Counted from the first letter of the stretch, positions 10,945 to 25,455 are shown. The stretch is 64,000 nucleotides of DNA from Eledone cirrhosa (GCA_964016885.1 OZ024740.1:128402001-128466000); one strand, 5' to 3'. Numbers and translations are program-made. Notes: generated by a model from the letters alone, not told the origin.

Positions 10945-12818
10945 AATAAAAGCACCCAGTCCATGCTGTAAAGTGGCGCTGATGTTAGGAAGGGCATCCA
11001 ACCAGTGTATCAATGCCAAAACGATTTATCAGCACAGCAACAATAAGATAGGAGCAACAAAATAAGAAGACGTCGCATCTCAGAGTTGCAACGCTTAATG
11101 TTGGCACTCTCAGAGGTAGATCTGCTGAAATAGTGGAGATGCTGGAGGGAAGGCATCTGGATGTGTGCTGCGCGCAAGAGGTGAGATGGAGAGGTGCCTC
11201 TGCGAGAGTAGTCGTAGGCAAACATCTTAGCTATAAGTTTTTCTGGGTAGGTAAGGATGATGGGTTAGGGAGAGTAGGCATTTTCCTGGCTGAGAGATGG
11301 ATCAATAAGACAATAGAGGTAGTTCAAGTTAGTGATCGAATAATTAAGCTTAGATTAGTTGTAGGCAGGAGACTACTGACAATCATCTCTGCCTATGCTC
11401 CACAAGCAGGCCTAGGCAAAGAAGAGAAAGACTGCTTTTACGAGCAACTTTTACAAACAACCTCAATGACAGAGGACGGAGACATCATTATGCTAGCAGG
11501 GGACTTCAATAGTCTTGTTGGACAGCTCCAGGATTGGTACACTGGGGTACATGGTGGGCACAGTTATGGCTCAAGAAATGAAGAAGGAGTGAGACTTCTT
11601 GAATTTTGTAATGCAAGTACACTGACTATTTGCAACACTAACTTCCAGAAACCTGCCAACCACCTAATAACCTACAAATCTGGCGAGCACATAAGCCAGA
11701 TTGACTTCTTACTAGTTAGGCAGCGGGACAGGCAGATGGTGTCAAATACCAAGGCATATCCTGGGGAAGAATGTACCCCACAGCATAGGTTAGTCGTTAG
11801 TGATATCTCAGTAAGCAAGAGATGGAATGAGACATACAGGAAGGTGTGGAGAAGAAAGGATTGGAAGCTAAAAGACTTTTCACTAAAATGCAAATTTTGG
11901 AAAGCCCTTCAAGATGTGTATGATGAAAAATAAGACGATTTAGAGACTTATGACAACTGGAATTTCCTGCGTGACAACTTACTGCAGGCTACTGATGAAA
12001 CTTGTGGCTGGAGCAAACCTCCAACCAGACAGAGAGTGACTTGGTGGTGGAACAGCACAGTAGATAAGGCCATTAGAGACAAAAGACTAGCATGGAAGGC
12101 TTGGAAAAAGGGTGGGAGTAGGGAAGGATATACAGCCGCTAAGAGAGAAGCTAGACGTCAGGTGTACTTAGCACGCAGGGAGGCTGAGAGTAGGAGGTTT
12201 GCCAATGTTCTGCGACGGGAAGATCAGAGGCGTGCGGTGTTCCACATTGCAAGGCAGTGTGTCAATGCAAATCAGGATGTTGTTGGAAATAAATGTGTCC
12301 GGATTGATGCCGGTATACTTAGTGTCACGAATGATCAGAAAATGGAGGCCTGGAAATGTCATTATGAGAGACTGATGAATGTGGAGAACGAATGGGAGAG
12401 AGAGAAATTAAGGAAATGAAAAATGGTAAGGCTGCTGGACCATCGGGGATAGTTGCTGAGATGCTGAAGGCAACAGGGGATGTAGGCACTAAACTGGTTG
12501 CATGCATCATCAATCAGGCTATATATGGTGGTGTCATACCCAAAGACTGGTGCAGCAGTATTCTCATAAATTGCTACAAAGGTAAAAGGGATGCTGAAGA
12601 AGGGTGAAGAAGTGCCAGGAAATGCCAGTTGAAGGAAGACCTGGTAGAGGTAGACCACGAAAAACATGGGCGAAGGTGGTGAGAACAGACCTCAGATCAC
12701 TGAAGCTCACGGTGGAGATGATGAAGGACCGTAACAAGTGGAGAGATGCTGTGCTGAATAAGACCCATCCCACCCTTGCAAGCAGGGAAAAGCGGACGTA
12801 AAATTATGATGATGATGA
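10945..12818 (+). mobile_element. RTE LINE with AP endonuclease, RT core internally deleted
   Basis: VATLNVGTL, AQEVRW, SAYAPQ, AGDFN, SQIDF, WWWN, GKAAGPSGI; jumps near 12600 to the C-terminus GRPRKTW; (TGA)n tail. Confidence 0.9.
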
Positions 12819-12869
12819 TATATGTGTGTGTGTTGGTGTCTGTGTTTGTGTGTATTCACACATAAAACC

Positions 12870-13020
12870 CCACAAGATTCTTTTTGAGTCTAAGGCTACC
12901 AAATTCTATTCACAAGGCACATAGTCAATAACTAGTTTTAGTAGAAAACATTTATCGAAGTTGTCACACTGCAGGACTTACTCAGAACCATATGGTTAGG
13001 AAGTGAACTCTTGGGCAAGC
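12870..13020 (-). mobile_element. Degenerate tRNA-derived SINE head (similar remnant near 1690-1950)
   Basis: Reverse complement ...CTTCCTAACCATATGGTTCTGAGT...GCCTTGTGAATAGAATTTGGTAG resembles cephalopod SINE heads (from memory). Confidence 0.4.
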
Positions 13021-13092
13021 ATATGCATGTGGACATAATTATGAGCTGGCATTGATATGTAATTACAGCTCATATTTACATCCAATCTAAAT

Positions 13093-14560
13093 ATGAGTGT
13101 AGCGACATTATTATACTTCTGCTGTAGTAATGGGCTTTCTATTATGAACACCTTCATCCAACACAAAGATATCCATAAATACACATCTCATAAGAGAAAA
13201 TGGAAACAGAGATCAATAATTGATTTCATTACTCTTACTCATCTCTATGATTTTATGCTGGATGTTCATGTTAAGAGAGGGGCTCATCTGTCACCTGATC
13301 ACCATCTAATTATCTGCAGCCTGAGATTACTGAGATTAAAAGAGAAAGTGCTCCAATTATATAGGGATCACCTTGTTTAACCTCCCTGGGAAAATATAAG
13401 GTAAGTGTCTGGCAAATAGATGTATGGATATTGTTGAATCCATATAACTGATGAGTAGTATCGTTTTCACTCCAGATGCAGTACGGTTAACCAAAGGTTC
13501 ATACTGCTGCAGATCTTTGAGAATTCGTGGGAATATTACCAAGAGGTGTATGGTTGTTTCATAGACCTCAAAAATGCATATGACCATGTTCCATGGGACC
13601 TATATGGAAGTATGGAATCAATGGATAGGTCTTTATTGTCCTGATGTCTCTATATGAATGCCCTCATATATGTGTTTGAATAAATAAATGGTGTTCATTT
13701 GAAACCATTCAATGTGGATTGAGGACGCTGTCCCCTACCCTGTTCATATACTTCATGGATGGGATTGACCTGTGCAGCTTAATTAGAAGTGGTATCGAGA
13801 CTGGCAGGTGTAGGACTAGTGAGCTGAAATTTTTGGATGACATGATTCTGATTAACTTGTTAGAAGGCAATTTCCAACATACCCTTGATACGTCTGCTGC
13901 TAAGTGCTACCCAGCAAAAAAGAGATTCAGTGCTGTGCAAACTGAGATACCTGTCCTCCCAAGGAAGCTTGCACAGTGAAATTTATATGTGGAATTCAAC
14001 TGAAGCAACTGGAGAATGTTATTATCTTGGGTTGTGTTACTGAGTGATGTAAGGCAGAAGTTTGAATTAAGTGCAAAAATTGCACCAGCTTGTGCAGCAA
14101 TGTGCCAGTTTCAACATTTGGTCATCAGAAGATATATAAAACTTAAATTTGCAATCTTCAATTTGATATGTGTAGCAACCCTTTAAAAAGGTTATATATC
14201 TTCAGTAATGACTGAAACATAATGATTGCAAATACAAGCAGCCAAAATGGGTCTCCTCTGAAGGGTCTTTCAAGTAACGTTACTCGACAAAATGCATCGC
14301 TCGAAGATCAGAGACACTCTAGGTAGAGCCACTTCTCCAAATTGAGAGATTGCAGCGTCAATATTACGGACATGCAGTTAGAATGACTCATGAAAAATCA
14401 CATTTCAGATTTTATGTGCAAAACCAACCAACATCAATGAGCTTTGCTGCTCTCATTTGGAAATCTAGCTGGATCAACTGGAGTGGGTTACTTTTGACAG
14501 GATGCCCTTGAATATGTGCTTGAGGACTCTCCATCCAAAACCCTCCCAAGAATACGTGGC
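13093..14560 (+). mobile_element. Old degenerate RTE-clade LINE (different family)
   Basis: GLSIMNTF..HK..HKYT, RSIIDF, LSPDHHL, DLKNAYD, LSPTLFIYFMD, FLDDM motifs with many stops. Confidence 0.75.
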
Positions 14561-14840
14561 TGAAGAAAAAGAAATGTTTATTCTTGTTCAGATTTTTATA
14601 TAAAATAAGTACTGATGTTCATATAATTGACTACTTCCTTAGGCAAGTTTATATGTATGGATGGATGGATAGATAGATAGATGCATGTATGTGTGTATGT
14701 ATGTATCTATCATCAACATAAGGATCACCACTTAATGTCTACTTTCCGTGCTTGCATTGGGGTATATACACATATATATGTATGCATATATATATGTGTC
14801 TGTGTGTGTGAGAGAGAGAGAAGTAGAGAGAGAGAGAAGT

Positions 14841-14873
<33 letters not shown>

Positions 14874-15120
14874 ATGTGCATGTGTATATCTGTGTGTGTG
14901 TTCATCTCTGCTGAATAGTTGTGCTACATATAAACAATTGATATTTCTTATCAATGAAATTTTGATATTATAAACAATTGTTCAATGACTACTACTACTA
15001 CTACTTACACTACAATCAATGCTACCTCTACCATCCCAATACTGTCAAACCCTATATTAGTGTATGCCTGTGTTTGTGCCTATGCTTGATTGTGTTTGTG
15101 AGTGTATGTGCAAGATTCTC

Positions 15121-15280
<160 letters not shown>

Positions 15281-17289
15281 CTCTGTGTGTGGTTGTGGGT
15301 TTACTAAACTACTTATTGCCATTTAGATTGGCCATTAAGATATATATCTTCTGAAATCCTTACAACATAGAAACCTATTGTCAGGAACAATTCATGTCTT
15401 CCATTGGAACACACAAATAAAAAATATACAACAAGAAAATAAAATGAAAAACTAGCAAAATAAAAAGAAAAAATCTAGAAAAATGAAAATCAATCACTTG
15501 TGCTTTGTCAATAGTGAAGTCAATGGTTTCTCCTTTGACTAAAAAATATCGGCAGAAATAAAAAAAATGAGAAAAAACATGAAGAGAAAACTCAATCTAT
15601 CTACAACTAAATAGGAACTTCCTTACTTCCTCCTCCTTTCATTTCTTTCTTTATATATTTCTCTATTTGTCTATGCATTTTTCTGATCTTTCCGCTCTTC
15701 TGTAATGATATGAGGTTGGAGATACTATTGTTAGAACCTGATCCCTCTATTGAACTAGACAATCTCTCTACATAATAACTTGATCTTGCACACCTTCAAG
15801 GCTGGTTGTTTATTATTTAATAGATGTTATTATTGGTAGTGGTAGTGTTGTTGTTGTTTTTGATTGTGATGTTCATATTGCTGCAGTTTTTTCTTGTTGA
15901 TGTTCATATTATCATCATTGCTACTGTTGTTATATTTTATTGTTGTTATTGTTATAATTGTTACTGTTATCAGTTGTTAGTTGTGATGCTGAAAGGGAGT
16001 TGTTCATTCTCCAGTGGAAAGTTATTTTAGTTTGAATTTTCGATTTAAGAAAAATTGTTGTCTTACTATTATTTATCTATATATCTCTTTATATAGTAGA
16101 ATAATCGAGTATCGAAAAATCGGCGCACGAGTTCACGATAAACAAAATTCGAAATATATATGCAATAAGCCTGCATCTTATTCAGTGAATTGGTTCCCTT
16201 CATCCTATAATTTGAAAACCCTGTATGTTCAAGAACCTTATTTAGATGTGCTTATATATGGGGATTTTTAGCATGAAGGATATGTCAAGTTCTCTGGAGG
16301 TTGCAAAACAGGGGAAAAGGAGGATGATGGAAAGAGTTAGTGTTTCAGCACTTACCTTGGGTGATCTGATTATTAAGAGATTTAGAGACTAAACTTTCAA
16401 AACCAAACTTTTTAAATCTATCTCAGTATCAGCCTCACTGTTGCACCAAGTATACTCTCTAAAGTGGTTGATTATTAGAAGGGCATCTAGTTATAGAAAT
16501 CCTGACAAAATATGGATCATATGAACAAAGCATGATTACTCTTATCTAATATGCCTTTGACCATATGGAAAGTGGCTGTAAAATGATGATAATGATTATA
16601 CTCTACATATACATCATTGATAAACATACATATACACATAATATATATGTATAGATATATGTTTTATAGTTCAATTTTTATTAATTGTTTGCAGTTTTGT
16701 CTCAGCTTTCTATACTGAAGGCCTGGTCGAGTGCCTCTATGGTTCATTCTTTACTTTTTTCAATTTGTAAAATTGACCAGCATGTTCCTCAAAAATAGGG
16801 AATACTAGCTTAGCTCTCTCTCACTGTCACATGACACTAATAGTGGTGCTGACTACTGTAATCGCCATTCCACACCAAATACAGTAGGCTAGTGTTTGAC
16901 CTGTTCTGAGGAGGCTAACTCCCTGCCGATGAAGTTACTCTAAGCCAATTAAGTAATGTTTAATAGCATTACCTAATTTCTGTGCACGCCAGTCCAACAT
17001 CGTCTGTTGCCAGCAGATTGGGTAACAGAAAATAGTGCATTTATCAGGGGACAGTGATTTAAATTGTCTACCCACACAAAATATAAGGGGGAAGTCTGCT
17101 TTCCTTTTTGTTTGGTATCTTAATGATGCTGGCTTAATTAAAGCATTGAGTGAGTGACAGAATGGTCGGAGATACACCAATTCTTCTGATGACTTCACTT
17201 CACTATTATTACATATATATATCATCATCATCATCGTTTAATGCTATCTTCCATGCTAGCATGGGTTATATATATATGTATATATATAG

Positions 17290-17351
<62 letters not shown>

Positions 17352-17352
17352 G

Positions 17353-17660
17353 TTATAAGTGTGAAGAGCAATAGACACAAATATACCTAATTTTTCTTCA
17401 AAGTCCCGACTGATGAAATTTCACCGACTGGTATGCAGCCAAAGTGCAATTAACATGCACTCAAGCTGTCCACACAACTTGAGTACACTTTAATTACACT
17501 TTGAAGAAAAAATTAGGCATATATTTTTCTATTTGCCCTTCACACTTATAATATTATATAGCTCTGATTAATTGATTATTTATTTAATTCATTCATCAAG
17601 GAAACTGGTAAAGGATGGACACCACACATCTATGTGTTTACACTTGTGTATCAATACATA
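17353..17660. repeat. Imperfect nested inverted-repeat element between (GATA)n and (TA)n
   Basis: 17353-17404 vs 17498-17551 inverted; inner AAAGTGCAATTAA/TTAATTACACTTT and TGCACTCAAG/CTTGAGTACA. Confidence 0.6.
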
Positions 17661-17696
17661 TATACCTTATGTACCTTATGTATAAATACCTTATGC

Positions 17697-17778
<82 letters not shown>

Positions 17779-17779
17779 G

Positions 17780-18292
17780 ATAATAATGGAGCTGCGGCGT
17801 TGCAAATGGGTTACATATAAAAAAGTGAGTCCTTCATCAGTGACCCTCCAACCGTCCTAGGCATTTCATCGCTTTAAGGGCCATATACCTCAGGTTGGTG
17901 CGAACAACGGCTAAAAAAAGTCGTTGGGACACGTAAATAAAGAGAACGTTAGGGTGAACAAACAAAATGGTTTAAGCAACAGAAAGTGAGAAGAAAGAGA
18001 CAAGTCCCAGATTTCTATGAATATAAACGTGATAAAATCGTGAACTAAAGAATAAAGACCATCAGACCTGGTTGAAATGTGAGCAAGGAAGGAATTTCGC
18101 ACAGGTCTAACGGGAGGAAGAAGAAGGGGTCTGGTCTGCGAATTCAGTAAACATAAGTTCTGTGAAGACGCAGACGAGAGAGAGAGAGAGAAAAAAAATT
18201 TCATACCGGCTTGGCCAAGTATATGGCCCTTAAAGCGATGAAATGCCTAGGACGGTTGGAGGGTCACTGATGAAGGACTCACTTTTTTATAT
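17780..18292 (-). mobile_element. Fold-back element with 74-bp arms and one-sided tail, in (TA)n
   Basis: Arms 17815-17888 / 18219-18292, 330-bp spacer, tail 17780-17814; arms contain CTGATGA. Confidence 0.75.
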
Positions 18293-18306
18293 ATTATATA
18301 TATATA

Positions 18307-18349
<43 letters not shown>

Positions 18350-18525
18350 TGTCTGACCTTACCACTTCTTTCTAGAATTTTTTCTGTCTTCATCTTTTTT
18401 CACAGATACTCTCTAACAATTTGAACTCCACTCCATCTATACTCCATGCACATATCTTCTACTGCCTTTAACATAGACAAATATTCACATTACTTGGCCT
18501 CTACTATATTATCCATTTCTCTATA

Positions 18526-18937
18526 CAGTAAGTCTCCAACTTATGAAAGAATTACATTCCAAGAAGCCGTTCGTTAGTTGATTTGTTTGTAAGTTGACTG
18601 TCTAACACAATACGTACTAGTAAGCCCATATATATTACATTGATACTTCAGGTTTCCATATAAGTCATATATATATATAGTATATATAGTACATAGAGGT
18701 ATATATCACATGTAGTAATTAATTTAAATACTGTAAAACTAATGAAAATAAATTGTTAAAGAAAAAAATGTACTTTTTCAATTCTGCAAAATCAGAATGG
18801 TCTCTCATACGGTAAGATTCCGGTTTATTTTTATGCTGCAAAAGAAGGCAAACACACAATTTATTTCTTTTCTTCTTGTGACTGTTCCTATCTGCAGAAG
18901 TTCATATGTAGGATATTCGTAAGGTGAGGACTTACTG
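18526..18937. mobile_element. Tc1/mariner-pogo (Tigger-like) MITE
   Basis: TA on both sides; 22-bp TIRs CAGTAAGTCTCCAACTTATGAA vs CAGTAAGTCCTCACCTTACGAA (18/22). Confidence 0.8.
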
Positions 18938-21900
18938 TAATATTCATTTACCATTTCTCTCTGTCATCCAGGACTAAACAGTATGCATGATTTATATAGT
19001 TTCATTTTTGCATGCAGAGTTAGAGACAGAGGGGAGAGATAGACAAGTCCTTTAATTTCAACAGACACTAGAACTCTTCAACTCCCTTTATATTTTAGTA
19101 TTTATAATTTTACCACAGTTCATGTAAAGTCATTTCAAAAATAGCTTCATCTGAAATTAGTGATGATTGACTTGATTAAGAATGTGCTTTATACACATAT
19201 TTTGTAAATATTTTTTCTTATTTTACCCAGTGCAATATATATATACAAGTTTTCTTTTCTATGAAATTTAATTAAGATTCTCTTCTACCTAGAAAGAAAG
19301 TCTTTTCGTTAGCATGAAATATTTTCTGTATATGGTTGATATATTAAAAAAACCTTTTAAAAATACCAAAGAAACTACGAAATTCAATTTTTGTGCAGCA
19401 AGCAGTAATTTTTCAAAAACAGGTGATTTGTGGATAATTTTTATGTCTTTCTTTAATATTTGCATTATGTATATGAGAACAAAGCAGTGAGTTGCCAAAG
19501 TCATTAGGGTATTGATCAGTTACTATGGGTTATGCATTCTTGCTTTCTACACTCTCAGTTCTAATCCCATTGAATTTAGCTTTACCATTCACCCATCTGG
19601 TGTTGATGTACAAAATATCAGTTCAGTACTGGAATCCGTTCTTCCTTTTAACCACTTTCTCTCGCTCACTCTCTGACAGAAATTGGGTCTGTTCCGATCT
19701 GAAGAGAAATGGGCTCTGTCAGGTTTAAAATGTCGAGGACATTTCATGTCATAGCAGTGCTTCAATAACCTCATCAGTTGGTGGCTCATTGCATATATGG
19801 CATATGAGAGTATGGTGATAGAGTTCAGTATAGTTTCACTTGTACTGTTAGTGCAGTAATCAAGGAGAAATTGATAAGTTGACCATTTCCCAAGCTCAAA
19901 AAGGCTTTAGAGGTCATTGCTTATTTCAAGTTTCATTGTATGAAACATACATGATTTAACTTTAATCATATTTCAAGTAACATAACTAGATGCTCATGTT
20001 TACATTTCTAGTGGTTATGGAAACTAAGCTATTTGAAATTACATGCACTGAACAAATATAGATCAAAACACATGTCATAGATTTTGAGTAAAAACCTATA
20101 AGTTCAATATCACACCCACTCAACCATTGCACATTTCTACTACGTCTATAGTAACGTTTGTTAGCATAGAATTTTACAGGTTCAGACACATCAATATACT
20201 GTCACATGTCCTTTGGATTTTGCCTATTATACTTTCATTTCTCTTTATGAAGAAAAGACAGTAACAAATCTATAAGCTAAAATATATAATTTTCATATAT
20301 ACAATACTTTACTGTTTTTGCCATTCATTATCGAAACAATTTTACTTGAAAATTTCCTTCACTTTGTGCAGTTTTCATTAATGAAAACTCTCTTTCAGCT
20401 ATTCTATAGCTGTATGAAAACAATAAAATATTATAAGCTGAGCAGCTCCTAGTGGGATGTTACTAAGGAGTGTATGGCCTTAGACATATATAATTGTTAT
20501 GTAAATGTATTTGTATGTATCTGGTTTAGAATCGATATATGTTATCCTTTTATGTCATAAGATGTGATTAAAAGGATGTAGCATAATGAAGGCTCTCAAG
20601 CTGCAAAATATTCCCTTAAAAATTATTCCAAGTAAGGCTGCCATATGGCCTGCAATGCTAACCCATGTTTTAGTCAAAGGAAGTGGTTTTAAAGCGTGTA
20701 TATATGTAAATGTGTTTCTATGCACAAGTGAGTGTTTACAGTATATGGTCAACCATTGTTGGGAGCTTTCAGTTTTATTTGGTGCTTTTGATAATGACAA
20801 TCATCTTAGCAGATTTTCACACATCAAAGTGCCCTGCACAAAAATGAAGCTGAGGGTATTTTCACTGATTCCCTATTGAAGTGGTAGGTCTATGCATAAT
20901 TTTAGTCTGCTAGATTTTCTTTAGAATTTCTGCTGATTCTATTTGTTTGCTATACAAACTATGAGTACAATATTTAAATTGATTCATTTTATGATGATAC
21001 ACAGACATTTCAACTGATGAATAACTTTGATGAAGACTTTCATTTGATATTCTTTATATATTTGATAACTTCACTCAATGTATGGACACATCATCTTGGC
21101 TATTTTATTGATAGAACCACTCCATATATTTCTAGTGTATAATATTCTTCCTCTTGCTTTTCATTTTCTCCTACTTTATTTCTGTCTCTTTCATATTAAT
21201 TTGACAAATACACACACATACTTATAATCCTTCTTTCCATTTTTCTCACACACTCACACACACAGTGTTTGTTGATCTGACACAAAGTTTTATCTATTTC
21301 TTCTTATCTCTTTCTTTTTTTTATTTTCAGATCACTAATATCCACTTTCACAAGCTCAACATTTGTTGATTTTTCACTTCACAGTTCATCAGTTTGTGTT
21401 TCTTCTTCAGTGTGTCTTGTAGAACATGTAACTGTTGTCATCAGTGATGACAGCTACATTTCTTTTCCTTTTCATGGACCTATTCCAGGAAATCACTTAA
21501 GACTTCTAGACATTTAAACTGAGTGTCATATTGAAGAAGAAACTCCCATTCAGCAATATACAAAGCAATCAACTCTACCCCTATAAAAGCTTTCTGTTAC
21601 CCAACCTAACCAGCTTCCACCTCCCTAAAGTCAAATTGATTACTGTATGTAACTATATTAAAGAACATTTTAATTTGATGATGCTTGGTAATGGCTGGAA
21701 ACTTTGGGAAAGTTACTTACATGAATGCTAAGGCAGCTACCATAAAATTATTTGCATTAATACAGCTATATTATTCATAATATTAAGTGGAAGATCAAGT
21801 TTGTGAGAGAAACCTGTCAAGTCTATCTATATAGCTATCTGACTGATTATCCATTTATACATACATACATAAATATATACATATATACAAAATATATCTT

Positions 21901-22106
21901 TGTATATCCATTTTGCTATGCATATTCTATTTCTATTTCCCTCATACATCAATACATACATGCACATACTCACACACATCTATAGACATATGAAGAGATA
22001 CTTATTCTTATGGCTGTCTGTAAATATATTTGCATACATAGAGAAAAATACTGATATGTATGGTTACAAGAATATATACACATACACAGACACATACAGA
22101 CACTCC

Positions 22107-22263
<157 letters not shown>

Positions 22264-22917
22264 ATGTGAAGAGTAATATACATGTATTTCCATACCTAAA
22301 TATATGTTTGGGTATAAACGAATCTTGGTTTTTCCATTGCAATCAACTTTGTCAAGAATGTCTTTCTTTCAAATTTAACAGAAATAATTTGTCCAAATGA
22401 TAGTGGCTGGGTTTTAACAGAGTCTGATGGAAGTCTTCTCTTGGTGCATTGAATTATACCTAGAATATTATTAAACTTGCAGGTTATTTGGAAATCTGAC
22501 TAAGTGTTTCATATTTTCACTGTCTGAATCTAATACTTCATGAATGTTCGGTATCAAAAATCTATGCATTAAAGTTAAGAGTTGACCAGTGAAATACCTC
22601 AATGAAGCACACACACAAACATATATGGATTGGGGCATATATATATATCTTTATATATCTATTTATATATACATATGTATATACATATATACAAATATCA
22701 TCATCATTATCATAGTTTTATGGTTTCATGTAAGTAGCATTATGCAGTGAATGTGGGTGGGTTGATTGTGCAACAGAGTGTGGTGGTCTCTGACATGCCG
22801 CAGCTCTCTCAAGTTATGAGAATTATGAAGTGTGATTTAATATGAGAGAGCAAATGAGTATGGGTGATTCAGGTAGGAAGGAAGGAATATGTTGAGGGAG
22901 GACATAAATGAGTGGTA

Positions 22918-24432
22918 TATATACCTGGCATTTGTCGATCTGGAAAAAGCCTTTGACAGAGTGCCCCGTGCTATAATCTGGTGGGCTTTTAGAAAACTAG
23001 GAGTAGATGAATAGCTTGTGAAAGCTGTACAAGCCATCTATAGGAGAGCAGTCAGCAAAGTTAGGGTTAGCAATGGCTATAGCGAGGAATTTAGCATACA
23101 GGTCAGTGTCCATCAGGGCTCTGTTCTTAGCCCTCTCCTGTTCATTATATTATTGCAGGCAATAACAGAGGAGTTTAAGACCGGATGCCCATGTAAACTC
23201 CTATATGTTGATGATCTCACACTTATAGCTGAATCTATGGTGGAACTAGAGAAGAAATTCCAAATATGGAAGCAGGGACTAGAAAGAAATGGTCTCAAAG
23301 TCAACCTGACAAAGACTAAGGTCCTCATAAGTGGATGAGAAAACAGAACCCAGATTCCCTCAGGGAAATGGCCTTGCTCAGTATGTAGGAAAGGTGTTGG
23401 TAGGAACTCCATCCTCTGCCAAACAATGAGTACACAAGAGATGGAGTGGGATCTCAGGTAGCTTAGCTAAGAATGTAGGCCTTACATGTTACAGCTGCAC
23501 CAGGACAGCAAGCATCAAATAACCACAAAAAAACAAGCACCACCAAACTCTAGGAGGGCTCTGTAGAAACAGTAGACAGCTTTTGCTACCTAGGTGACCG
23601 AATTAACAGTGGAAGTAGTTGTTCGGAAAGTACAGTAACCAGGGTAAGAACGGGGTGGAAGAAGTTCAGGGAGCTACTGCCACTGCTAGCTGCAAAAGGC
23701 TTTTCCCTCAAAATAAAAGGCAAACTGTATGATACGTGCATACGAACAGCAATGCTACATGGTAGTGAGACCTGGGCGTTGTTTGTAGAAGACTTGCGTA
23801 GATTGGAAAGAAACGAACCTTGCATGCTCCGATGGATGTGTAATAGTAATATACGTGAACCGCAAAGCATAAACGAATTGAGAGAGAGACTGAGCATAAG
23901 AGGAATCAAATGCTGTGTGCAGGAGAGGAGATTGCATTGGTATGGACATGTGATGCATATGAAGGATGACAGCTGCATAAAAAGGTGCATAGCACTAGAA
24001 GTCGATGGAAACCGTGGAGTGGGAGACCCAAGAAGATCTGGGATGATGTGATAAAAGCCGACCTTACCCAATTGCACCTCTCAAAGGTGATGACACATGA
24101 CCATGACCTCTGGCGTCACGCAGTAATACAGAAGACCTGAGTTCCCACCGGTACAAGCTGAAGCTGAAGCATATAGACAATATGCCCCAGAAAGTGGTCA
24201 TGGATGTGCCACGGCTAAAAAGAACCCAGGCCACACTAGGCGCCACATTAAAAAAGCTCCCAGCACTCACTGTAAATGAGGTTGGTGTTAGGAAGGGTAT
24301 CCAGCTGTAGAAATCAAGCCAGAATCAGTTCCAGTATGAGCAAGACAAGGTCAGCCAACAGGACACTACTCACAACAGGACAACCTGTCTAACCCATGCT
24401 AGCGTGGATGAACGGACGTAAAACAGTGATGA

Positions 24433-24435
<3 letters not shown>
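22918..24435 (+). mobile_element. 5'-truncated RTE LINE (RT pseudogene plus long 3' UTR)
   Basis: YLAFVDLEKAFDRVP, HQGSVLSPLLF, LLYVDD, MLHGSETW, RRLHWYGHV; hairpin plus (TGA)n tail. Confidence 0.9.
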
Positions 24436-24469
<34 letters not shown>

Positions 24470-24470
24470 T

Positions 24471-24649
24471 CACGGCCAGCACCTAACTATCTGGCACCCT
24501 AGGCAAGGTTAGATTCTGGCAATGATACCCAATACAACTGAAATATTTTCTCTAGTTTTTAAAATTGTGGTTGATTTGGAGAAATGTGCCCCCTGAAATC
24601 AGCACCCTAGGCAGCTGCCTAGTTTTCCTATATGGTAGTGCCGGTCCTG
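24471..24649. mobile_element. Probable hAT-type MITE in (TA)n
   Basis: Imperfect TIRs CACGGCCAGCAC / GTGCCGGTCCTG (9/12); internal subterminal repeat GCACCCTAGGCA twice. Confidence 0.55.
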
Positions 24650-24868
24650 TATATATATGTGAGAAAAACCACAGACCCTCCATCTCAACTCTACTTTTGA
24701 AAAGCAGAAGAACTGCGAAACTGGTAAAGGAACCAAATAAATATATATATTTTTTTAAAAATAAGACTCCAGTTGTATTTTCGATTTCATCTTTTTTTCT
24801 TTATACTTTCACTCGTGTAGGACACCTCGGTTATTTTTCATTTTGTAAAAGAAACCTCACTTTCTAAT

Positions 24869-25455
24869 CATCATCATCATCATCATCAACGTTTAACGTC
24901 CGTATTCCACGCTTGCATGGGTTTGGACGGGGGTAGTCCCACTTGAGGCAAGAGTGATTGTCTTGCTCGCATAGGACTGTCTGGCAGGTTTTCTACAGTT
25001 GGATGCCCTTCCTAACACCAACCACATTTACAGTGTGGGTCTGGGAGGTTTTTACCGTGTTGCCTACACGGCCACATTACAGCGTGGACTGTGTGTTTTT
25101 TTGTCGTGACACCTACACGATCTCATTTGTTTCGGCCTCGATGGCGCGGCACCAACATAACTTTACATAGAACGGGGTGGTGTGGATGGGGTGGGGGTGG
25201 TGGTGGTGGGACGGGGTGTATTTTGTTAGAGATGCCTACTGGCTGGAGTAGGTTTTACTATATATTTAGGTAAGGCGGGTCTTCTCTGTTACTGAGTACC
25301 GCCAAAGGTCTCGGTCCAGTGACATTGTCTTGGAGACGTGTAAGTGTGTGATGTCGGAGTTTATCAGCTCGTCCCAGGTTTTTCTAGGTCTGCCTATTCC
25401 GTGGCTACCGTCTATCTTTATTGCCCTGCACTTTGTTATACAGCTTTCATGCGCA
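24869..25455 (-). mobile_element. RTE LINE 3' end
   Basis: KCRAIKIDGSHGIGRPRKTW plus 3' UTR matching 38490-39022; (TCA)n tail on plus strand. Confidence 0.9.

Noticed and set aside
19500-19800. Protein-like minus-strand stretch in a repeat-poor region
   Set aside because: Multiple stops, no recognisable motif or clear splice pair
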